A stretch of 64,000 nucleotides of DNA from the UHGV virus genome UHGV-0168042; one strand, written 5' to 3'. The first letter of the stretch is position 1. Each line of letters starts with the position of its first letter. Of the stretch, positions 56,912-64,000 are shown one piece after another. A program made the translations under genes and the position numbers. The stretch comes from a virus. Below the pieces are notes generated by a model. The model worked only from the letters and a program-made list of their open reading frames with translations. It made no database searches and had not been told where the DNA came from.

Positions 56912-58594
56912 TTAATTGCTCATCACAAATTTTGCAAAGTTTATTAACTGTTCTGGCGTCCAGTTTTCCGGATCGTCACCGGACGACAACGGCGCGGATT
57001 CGTACATACCATGCTCGTTGTTTTGCTCTGATTCATTCGCCTTAAACTCTTTGATCATGGTGTTGAGAGTGTCATCGTCGATGTGCAACTGCTCAGTGAA
57101 CAGATAACGCATAAACGCGTCACTACCAGCCAGTTTCGGGTTGTTCTGGATCTGGTCCATAATTTGGGAGATGACAGCAACAAAGTTGGCGCGTGCATCC
57201 AGTTCCCGGTTTTCCTCTTCCTGGATAGCAGTGTTCATTGAGTTGAATTGCACGTCATAAGGGCGGTTTGTTTCGGTGTAAACCTTGCCGTATTTATAAG
57301 CGAGGTGAATGTCCAGAAGCCGATAAATAGTTCGCTGGGCGGCCTGTCTGATCCAGTTCGCACGCAATGCAGCCTGGATAGCAGTTTGCTGCCAGCCGCC
57401 TTCTCCAAGCCCTCCGCTCATCTGATCAGCCCAGCCAAGCATTGTTGCGTCAATGCCGAGGCTTGCAGCAAGCTGCCGGAGGTGAAACATAACGTCTTCG
57501 ATACCACTGATATCTGCGGGTATGGATTGCGTATCAATGGTGATGCCGTTCTTCCCGTCTCCCATAACAGGTATCAGATGGTTAAGCACAGTCGGAATAG
57601 CGTTGGCATTAATCGACCTTTGCGCCACCAGGTCACTATGACGCTTCAATGCCTGGCTGACGCCACGCGTATAGTTCGCCGCATTAACCGGGTCCAGTGT
57701 GTTCGTCGTAAGAGCAATCAGGCGGTCAATTTTGGCTGCATTATTTCGCGTTGATTTCAGCGCGGCGAGCGAAGCACATAAATTAAGGTAAGGTTCATAG
57801 CTGTATTCCAGGAATGAAGTTCCGTAATTCTGCGTCTCCATTAACGGCTTATCAGCCTGATCACTTAACAGTGAGTACCCTTTTGTGCCGTAGCTAACCG
57901 GAATAACTTTATGCTGTGGCGTCCAATAGGGATTTTTCATGGAAACCAGATTCCACGGTTCGGTTATTACTCTGCGCAAACTATGCGTATCCAGAATGTA
58001 ATCACCACTGAAACCTACCAGCTGGCTACCACGATAAAACTCCTGGACGAAGTGTGGCAGAGTGTAATAACTGGACTCAATGCCTGTTATCCCCCTGCCC
58101 TGTTCAGCATAAGGTCGGACATAAGACACCCCAAAGATCGCCATAATCATGGCCCATGAAGGAAGTCCGTCATTAATCATCGCCCCCAAATCAGCGGTTA
58201 ACTCTTCACATCTACTTACTGCCTCGGCATCGGAACCATCCTTTGGCGAAAGGATGAATGCTTGTCCGGTTTTTTTTGAAGGCGCAAGCGCATGTGCAAT
58301 GTGAATATTTAAAGCCGTCGAGATAGTCGGGCTTTTAGCCATCGTTTCCAGGATGTTGTACTTTTGCAGGCGCTCGCCGGGCAGTTCAGCGGATAAAGAA
58401 ATTGAATCTGCTTCACTCGTCATGCCATCGCTATTGCTCCCCAGGATGCCTGGACGTAAAGCAGACAGGCCGGAACGAGCAACGACACTATGTCCGCTCG
58501 TAAAAACGACCGGATCGGCGGGCGTAACATCACCACCGTTGAAGGCTTTCTTCAATGCTGACAGAAAGCCTTTGTTTTTGTCTTTCGTTGCCAT
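56912..58594 (-). CDS. Putative portal-like protein (positional/size inference)
   Basis: 560-aa ORF; acidic C-terminus; no motif confirmation possible. Confidence 0.35.
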   Translation of the reverse strand: MATKDKNKGFLSALKKAFNGGDVTPADPVVFTSGHSVVARSGLSALRPGILGSNSDGMTSEADSISLSAELPGERLQKYNILETMAKSPTISTALNIHIAHALAPSKKTGQAFILSPKDGSDAEAVSRCEELTADLGAMINDGLPSWAMIMAIFGVSYVRPYAEQGRGITGIESSYYTLPHFVQEFYRGSQLVGFSGDYILDTHSLRRVITEPWNLVSMKNPYWTPQHKVIPVSYGTKGYSLLSDQADKPLMETQNYGTSFLEYSYEPYLNLCASLAALKSTRNNAAKIDRLIALTTNTLDPVNAANYTRGVSQALKRHSDLVAQRSINANAIPTVLNHLIPVMGDGKNGITIDTQSIPADISGIEDVMFHLRQLAASLGIDATMLGWADQMSGGLGEGGWQQTAIQAALRANWIRQAAQRTIYRLLDIHLAYKYGKVYTETNRPYDVQFNSMNTAIQEEENRELDARANFVAVISQIMDQIQNNPKLAGSDAFMRYLFTEQLHIDDDTLNTMIKEFKANESEQNNEHGMYESAPLSSGDDPENWTPEQLINFAKFVMSN

Positions 58595-58658
58595 GAATCA
58601 CCGCAAATTGTTTCCAGTTTTGCGGCAGCATAATCAGTATGTGATTTCAGCGGTTGGT

Positions 58659-60056
58659 TTAGTTTTCCGTACGGCAATTATTTAGATCTGTAGAATTTTC
58701 AAACATAGCAAAGTTCAGACCTTTCCCTTCGCCAAATTCACCCTCAATTTCATCAGATACAGCAGACAAAATACGACGCAGATCAACATCGCCACCGCCG
58801 AACATATCGCCCAATGCCTGTTGTTTATGAGTCAGCTCGTCGTTGATTTTTTGCGCCATTTTTTTGAATGCTGCCCCCATACGCTTCGCACTGCGATTAT
58901 TTGCTACGATGAATAACGCCAATGCCTCAGCTTCCGGTGTACTGTCGCCGAATAACCCCCTTTGGGCGATCACTTCTTCAACGGCCTGACCGTTGTCTTT
59001 GGCTTCACGTACAAGATTAATTGCTTCCTGGAGTGCTGCTATCGCCTGTGTATCCAGGCCATTAACCTGCTCTATACCGTCCACTAAGCCTGTTACTGCG
59101 TCATGGTGAGCGTCGCCAGACAGCGACTGCATTTGCGCAAAATCGCTGGCTGCCGTATTTAATGCGGTCAGGATATTACGCATTTCCGGATCTGGCTCTT
59201 CCGACACCAGCCGAACAAGCCTTTCATCCTTGTACGCTTTGGCAAAAATTGCATTCTGGATGCGATCGATAAGCTGTTTCGTGGGACGCCCATCGGCAGT
59301 AAGCAAGCCTGCCGTCGCTGTATCGCCAATTTCGCGCAAAAACGCACGAATAAACGCATCATTGGACCGCGCCAGCAGATTTCCATCATCTGAAGGATTA
59401 AATAGCGCCATGACGCTCTCAGTGAGAAATTGCGCATCCGCATACGCTTTTTCACTTGCTGCCATCTCTTGCAGATCGCTAATGTTTGAATCGCGGGCAA
59501 ATTGAGCGCGGTCTACATCTGTGAGTCTTTCTCGCACCAGTACGGGCATAGACATTTGCGAAATTTCGTCAGGATTCAGACCAAACTCTTTCGCATGGTC
59601 GATCAGGTACTGGCGATACTCATCCGCCTGTCCTTGCTCATAGGCACGCCAGATACCCATACTCCTTCCGTTGCCGGATTCAACAACGTTGTCCGGACCA
59701 ACTATCGGCGCTCCGTGGCTGCTCATACCGGAATCCGTTAATTGTGCCGGGCGTAAATTGGAGGCAATACGGTTAACCTGGAGTTTGCTGGATAACCGGG
59801 TACGATCTCGTGGTTGGAGTTCTTCCGGGAAGGCCGGGTTAATCGTACCGTCAAGGTTGTTCGAAATGATCAGACTGCTGGCATCAACGACCTTAAAAGC
59901 CGTCTTTACCTCTGCACCTTTGCTGGTGACTACGTAGCTACTTCGCCCCAGGCGTGTTTCTTTCCTCTCTAATGAAGAAACCAGAGCAATGACGCTGTTA
60001 ATATCTGTGGCCCCGGAAAGCGCAGAAGTAACTGATTTGTTCAAAATACACTCCAA
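58659..60056 (-). CDS. Hypothetical structural/internal protein
   Basis: 465-aa ORF. Confidence 0.4.
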   Translation of the reverse strand: MECILNKSVTSALSGATDINSVIALVSSLERKETRLGRSSYVVTSKGAEVKTAFKVVDASSLIISNNLDGTINPAFPEELQPRDRTRLSSKLQVNRIASNLRPAQLTDSGMSSHGAPIVGPDNVVESGNGRSMGIWRAYEQGQADEYRQYLIDHAKEFGLNPDEISQMSMPVLVRERLTDVDRAQFARDSNISDLQEMAASEKAYADAQFLTESVMALFNPSDDGNLLARSNDAFIRAFLREIGDTATAGLLTADGRPTKQLIDRIQNAIFAKAYKDERLVRLVSEEPDPEMRNILTALNTAASDFAQMQSLSGDAHHDAVTGLVDGIEQVNGLDTQAIAALQEAINLVREAKDNGQAVEEVIAQRGLFGDSTPEAEALALFIVANNRSAKRMGAAFKKMAQKINDELTHKQQALGDMFGGGDVDLRRILSAVSDEIEGEFGEGKGLNFAMFENSTDLNNCRTEN

Positions 60057-60138
60057 CGATAGAGAAAGCTGTGAGTGTAAAAAGTGTGTGATTTATGTGA
60101 GAACAGATAAGTGAAAGGGGCATTTCAGCCCCTTTTGA

Positions 60139-60507
60139 TTACCCGGCATAACCGTTAGCTTTCACCCAGCTTATGGTCTGCTCTTTAGCCTGCTCCAACG
60201 TAAGGAACTCGCCAACATAGTTTGATATCCCACGCAGCGCATCAATAAATTCCATTTGTGTGGACTTTGTGAAGACACCGCCCAGGAAGTCAGTCACTAT
60301 CTTAGGGACTTCATCTACAACAGGATCAGTCTGTTGTTGCGGTTCCGCTGCCGGTTGCGCGGCAGTCCCCAGGCCCAATTTCAGCATCACATCAACAATC
60401 TGCTTACCAATGGTGACGCGTTGCAATACTGGCGCAGTTTTCTGCGCCTGCATTAGATCTGATAGCTCTTTACCTAATTTCAGGCGGTCTAAAACAGAGA
60501 TGGTCAT
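60139..60507 (-). CDS. Hypothetical protein
   Basis: 122-aa ORF; start overlaps upstream stop. Confidence 0.4.
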   Translation of the reverse strand: MTISVLDRLKLGKELSDLMQAQKTAPVLQRVTIGKQIVDVMLKLGLGTAAQPAAEPQQQTDPVVDEVPKIVTDFLGGVFTKSTQMEFIDALRGISNYVGEFLTLEQAKEQTISWVKANGYAG

Positions 60508-62471
60508 TAAGCACCTCCCTGCTGAATTTCAGCCAGAATGTTGATCAGGTAGTCAACTGCTGCACCAACAGTGGCTTCGTTCTCGTCGTATCGACCTGCA
60601 CTGATTAGAGCGTTTGCTGCTTCCTGCACATGATCAAGTTCAGCACTGATGACCGTCAGATCGCGGGATGTAAACTGCTCCGGCACGGATTTCAGGTACT
60701 CCAGTGCTTTATCTGCCTCCTGATCAGCTTCACTTGCTGATTCACCAGCTTCTTCTGGCTCCGGCTCCTGTTCTGGTGCTGGTTGTGGTTGTGATTCCGG
60801 CTCAACCACATGCTCTGTTTTTACTTCGCTTGAATGATTTTGAAGGGCGTTATACACGTCCATAATGAAAAGGTTCTCCCCATCACCAAGTGGATACGCC
60901 ACGTTTGGAAACGCTTTGCGGAAAAGAATTTTCACTTGCGCCTTGAATGTTTTCAGGTCACTGCCAAACAGGTCTACATAGCCATCAATATGTTTCGACA
61001 TGCTGGACACAACCAATTGGCCTGCAAAATCTTTCAGCTCATCTTCATCAGGAAGATAAAGCAACTCGTACTGGCTGACTTCTTCATCTGTCAGTTTACG
61101 GTCATACGTAATGATACCGTGACGAGCATATTCGTAATACTGATCAGCCTGGTCAGGACGATCAAGCACGGCTTTATTTCCATCCGGCACAGCACCAACA
61201 CCAGCCGGGCGAGATTGAAGTGCATAGTGGTATTTACCTACATCCTGGCTCTCTGGTTGTGATACTGGGTTCGTCTCGGGGTCTGTCTGTGGTGGTTCGG
61301 GGTCTTCCTGCTGGCCTGGTAACACATCAACTTTATATTTATCTGCGTTATGCTCTCGGTAGGCTTTAAGTAATTTGGTTGCAGCATCTGCCAAACTGCC
61401 TCCTTTGACAGCACTGGCATCAATACTGAATTTACCTTCAGGTGCTACTATCGTAACGAAATTGTCACTGCCGGACGTGATATAATTAACTTCAGCGCCA
61501 TTATCCAGCACTGTTTTTCCGTCAATGGCAAGATTATGTTTTACATGTCGCAGCTGGTCACTAAACGCTCGTTCCTTCGTTTTTTCACCTTTAGCAGACA
61601 ACAATTTATCGCGTTTTTCTTGTAATTCCTCGTTGATGGCTTTCTGGGCATCAAGTTTTTTTTGCATCTCCGTAAGAGCAGCACGCTTTTCAGTCAGCCC
61701 ACGTTGCGCAACGTCCACCTGATCAATCATTATTGACCGTTCTTCTGCCAGTTTATCTGCTTCATTGAGATAACTCTCAATATCTGCCTTCATTTTGTCC
61801 TGGCGCTCTTTTGCTTTCTTAAATTTTTCGCTGTTACGCTCAATCAAATTAGATAGCGCCTGGCATACCTGGCTTAAAGAAACATCTCTCCCACCAATCG
61901 GGGCGACAACGTGAGTTACGTTACGCTTATTAAGTAAAAACTGAAATGCAACAAGCTCGTCGTTACTCTTTATTTTTGCCCCGTCAGCTGTTGGAGAGTG
62001 GAAAATTATGCTTGTACTCTGCCCGTCAGTAAGCGGTATCTGCGCGGTCAAAACAGGGATATTAGCTACCCGGCGTACACGACCGATAATCGCACCACCA
62101 ATACAATTACGTCCATTTTCATCGGTCCCGGCTTCATCAGTCCCTGCCATAATATTCGTACCATTCAGGCCACGATTCAGCGCACGGACGAAAGCTCGCA
62201 TTGTTTGAGCTAACCGAATTCTGGTTGTAGTTATGGACTCAAACATAGCTTCGTCAGACACAACCAGAATTTCATTGCCCATATAGGCAAGCTCAATATC
62301 TTCTAAGGTCGCCGCCTCAAAAATCAGGTCATCTTCGCTTAATTCTTCTGAAGACCAGCGACTTGGCACATAGCCGGGGATCGTATCAGCAAAAGTAGAC
62401 TGAATATTAATTCGTAAAGGATTGTTAATCATGCTCATCCTCCAGGCGCGCGATTTCTTCTTTAAGAGCAC
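60507..62471 (-). CDS. Large hypothetical protein with central coiled coil and acidic tail (DarA-like by size/position only)
   Basis: 654-aa ORF. Confidence 0.35.
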   Translation of the reverse strand: MLLKKKSRAWRMSMINNPLRINIQSTFADTIPGYVPSRWSSEELSEDDLIFEAATLEDIELAYMGNEILVVSDEAMFESITTTRIRLAQTMRAFVRALNRGLNGTNIMAGTDEAGTDENGRNCIGGAIIGRVRRVANIPVLTAQIPLTDGQSTSIIFHSPTADGAKIKSNDELVAFQFLLNKRNVTHVVAPIGGRDVSLSQVCQALSNLIERNSEKFKKAKERQDKMKADIESYLNEADKLAEERSIMIDQVDVAQRGLTEKRAALTEMQKKLDAQKAINEELQEKRDKLLSAKGEKTKERAFSDQLRHVKHNLAIDGKTVLDNGAEVNYITSGSDNFVTIVAPEGKFSIDASAVKGGSLADAATKLLKAYREHNADKYKVDVLPGQQEDPEPPQTDPETNPVSQPESQDVGKYHYALQSRPAGVGAVPDGNKAVLDRPDQADQYYEYARHGIITYDRKLTDEEVSQYELLYLPDEDELKDFAGQLVVSSMSKHIDGYVDLFGSDLKTFKAQVKILFRKAFPNVAYPLGDGENLFIMDVYNALQNHSSEVKTEHVVEPESQPQPAPEQEPEPEEAGESASEADQEADKALEYLKSVPEQFTSRDLTVISAELDHVQEAANALISAGRYDENEATVGAAVDYLINILAEIQQGGA

Positions 62472-63045
62472 GTGTCTTAGCTACTTCCTGAGACAAGGCA
62501 GCTTTAACGTTACCCGTATCTTGCATTACTTTGTCTGACTTGCTCTGGAGTTTAGACAGTTTGTCGTTAGCATTAGCGATATCTTCACGGAGTGCATCAC
62601 GTGATTCTTTCGCTTCAGCTAATTTCTGAGCGTTAGATTTAACTCCCTGCCGCTTCTTATTTCCGTCATCAATATTTTTTGCTGCACGAGCAAGTTTTCG
62701 AGCTAATGACTTCTGGAAAGAAGTTGCTCCGCGATTAAATAAAGCCGCAAGAGATTGCCCCAAAGCCGACATTGTTTTTCCTGGCTTGAACGGTACTGTT
62801 TTACCATTCAGTTTGATCCCAGATATATCACCGGTATCGTTAACCTGAACTTCCATTGTCTGTTCATCAATACCAATAAGGGTAAACGTGCGCGTCATGA
62901 TCCCATCTTTCTTCCTGCCATTACTTGCAGGGATCACCCTCGCTATCTTGTAACCACCTTTGCTGATTTCTTTGACGAGTTTTGCCAGCCCCTTTTCGTT
63001 TAACTCATCATAATTAAGAAGAACATAATTATTCTTATTTGACAT
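62425..63045 (-). CDS. Hypothetical coiled-coil protein
   Basis: 206-aa ORF. Confidence 0.35.
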   Translation of the reverse strand: MSNKNNYVLLNYDELNEKGLAKLVKEISKGGYKIARVIPASNGRKKDGIMTRTFTLIGIDEQTMEVQVNDTGDISGIKLNGKTVPFKPGKTMSALGQSLAALFNRGATSFQKSLARKLARAAKNIDDGNKKRQGVKSNAQKLAEAKESRDALREDIANANDKLSKLQSKSDKVMQDTGNVKAALSQEVAKTRALKEEIARLEDEHD

Positions 63046-63481
63046 CCCAGTCTCCTTTACGCTTTTCGATCGTAAACTGGCGCTCTATGCAGTCATTGAT
63101 AGGGAAAATGCGATAAAGCGGATTCAGTCGGCAGTTACCGTTAGTCAATGTGACTTTCAGATCCCACTTCGTTGGCTCAAGATATTTCGTATCGATGAGC
63201 AAATACTCTTCTCTCTCACCGCGTTTTGAGGCGTCAACTGGTCGCGTTTTCCCTGAAATAACCACAGATGGATTTTTCAGGTCTTGCAACCAATATTCGA
63301 TTTGAGCATTGCTGACCCAGCTTCGCTTAACACGTAGCGAAACAGGAAATGCTATAGCGGATTCTTTCACTACAGCGTCTCCAATACTCAAAATCTCAAC
63401 ACTCTTGCGACGAAAAATGAAACGGTCAATGATGGCAACAAATGCCATGATAAAAATGAAATAATTTCCAAAGTTACCCAT
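63035..63481 (-). CDS. Membrane-anchored protein, possible lysis regulator (antiholin-like by position)
   Basis: 148 aa; N-terminal hydrophobic helix YFIFIMAFVAIIDRFIF. Confidence 0.3.
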   Translation of the reverse strand: MGNFGNYFIFIMAFVAIIDRFIFRRKSVEILSIGDAVVKESAIAFPVSLRVKRSWVSNAQIEYWLQDLKNPSVVISGKTRPVDASKRGEREEYLLIDTKYLEPTKWDLKVTLTNGNCRLNPLYRIFPINDCIERQFTIEKRKGDWDVK

Positions 63482-63807
63482 TATTTCTCTCCACCTTTTC
63501 CCCCATTCGCTATTACGCTTAAGAGATTCAAGACGTTACTAGCTCTGGACTTCAAGCCCTGTAAAATTTCACTACCGTTGTTACTGGCAATCAGAACAAC
63601 GCAGAAAATGATACCTTCAGGCCATTCTTGGCTAACCGCCACCCCATACCCCGCAAGCCCGGCTGTTACCGCAGTAAACAATTCACTCGCAAGATTGAGC
63701 AGGGACGCAGAAATGCGCCCGTCTCTAACTCCGAGAAGGAATACGCCGGTTCCACTTAGTAGGGATGTTATGACTACTACAGCCAGATTTTCATAATCTG
63801 CAAACAT
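63481..63807 (-). CDS. Holin-like small membrane protein
   Basis: 108 aa; 2-3 hydrophobic segments, charged C-terminus GGKGGEK; GGAGGGG RBS. Confidence 0.4.
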   Translation of the reverse strand: MFADYENLAVVVITSLLSGTGVFLLGVRDGRISASLLNLASELFTAVTAGLAGYGVAVSQEWPEGIIFCVVLIASNNGSEILQGLKSRASNVLNLLSVIANGGKGGEK

Positions 63808-63910
63808 ACCCCTCCAGAAATAACATCTAATGCGCCACTAACTTAGTCAGTTTGTTATTTCCTTACAGGACATCTTCTAGGATCGTATCCTTAGCATACA
63901 AGGGAGACAT

Positions 63911-64000
63911 ATGCTTATTGGATACATTCGCATATCAACAAATGATGATGCGCCGCGCGATAAATGCACTCTATCTTGTGCGATAAATGGCATCCACGCG
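63911..64000 (+). CDS. Serine recombinase (invertase/resolvase family) N-terminus; continues past window end
   Basis: MLIGYIRISTNDD... matches the conserved MxIGYxRVSTxxQ start with catalytic Ser; AGGGAG RBS 5 nt upstream; only 30 codons in window. Confidence 0.4.
   Translation, partial: MLIGYIRISTNDDAPRDKCTLSCAINGIHA

Noticed and set aside
63808-63910. cix/gix-type 26-bp crossover site upstream of the serine recombinase
   Set aside because: Only a weak resemblance (TTACAGGA) to gix was found, with no AAACC..GGTTT core; insufficient to call.
1-64000. Exact P1 C1 operator consensus ATTGCTCTAATAAATTT
   Set aside because: Not found by eye at the expected promoters; the recurring motif here is related but distinct, so sites were not labelled as P1 C1 operators.
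1-64000. CRISPR array or cas genes
   Set aside because: No series of regularly spaced direct repeats and no Cas-like ORFs were seen; the repeats present are inverted, not CRISPR-like.

Overview
This 64 kb window reads as a large part of a P1-like temperate phage / plasmid-prophage genome from an enterobacterium, with no obvious host chromosomal genes. The anchor is a Cre-family tyrosine recombinase (31913-32941, minus) lying about 150 bp from a 32-bp palindrome, TAACTTTAAATAAT-GCCA-ATTATTTAAAGTTA (about 33094-33125), which matches the rox site of the Dre/rox system of phage D6 as I remember it. Other P1-type modules are present: a fused C5/N6 DNA methyltransferase with an RdgC homologue, Ref, a lambda-type Ser/Thr phosphatase, humD-phd-doc, terminase small and large subunits, a 2278-aa DarB-like methyltransferase-helicase, three tRNA genes, two Icd-like plus Rha antirepressor modules, a putative head/lysis block, and the start of a serine recombinase at the window edge. 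A long early array of Ead/Ea22-like paralogs is also present. Features not explained by that backbone are: (1) a dispersed palindromic operator-like motif (GTTAGA-N16-TCTAAC and a related asymmetric ATGTTAGAAAACTAA form) upstream of most early operons; (2) an AT-rich cargo block with higBA, a HigA-like gene interrupted by an in-frame amber codon, and a membrane/coiled-coil protein; (3) a roughly 1.2 kb ORF-free, GC-rich, highly structured segment between an operator motif and the tRNA cluster; (4) hairpins that occlude or split the ribosome-binding sites at both ends of the DarB-like gene; (5) a DUF968 / ASCH / PAPS-reductase-like triad. All protein calls rest on motifs read from the translations; no database search was possible. 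Motif coordinates are approximate to about 2 bp; the literal sequences are given so they can be relocated.
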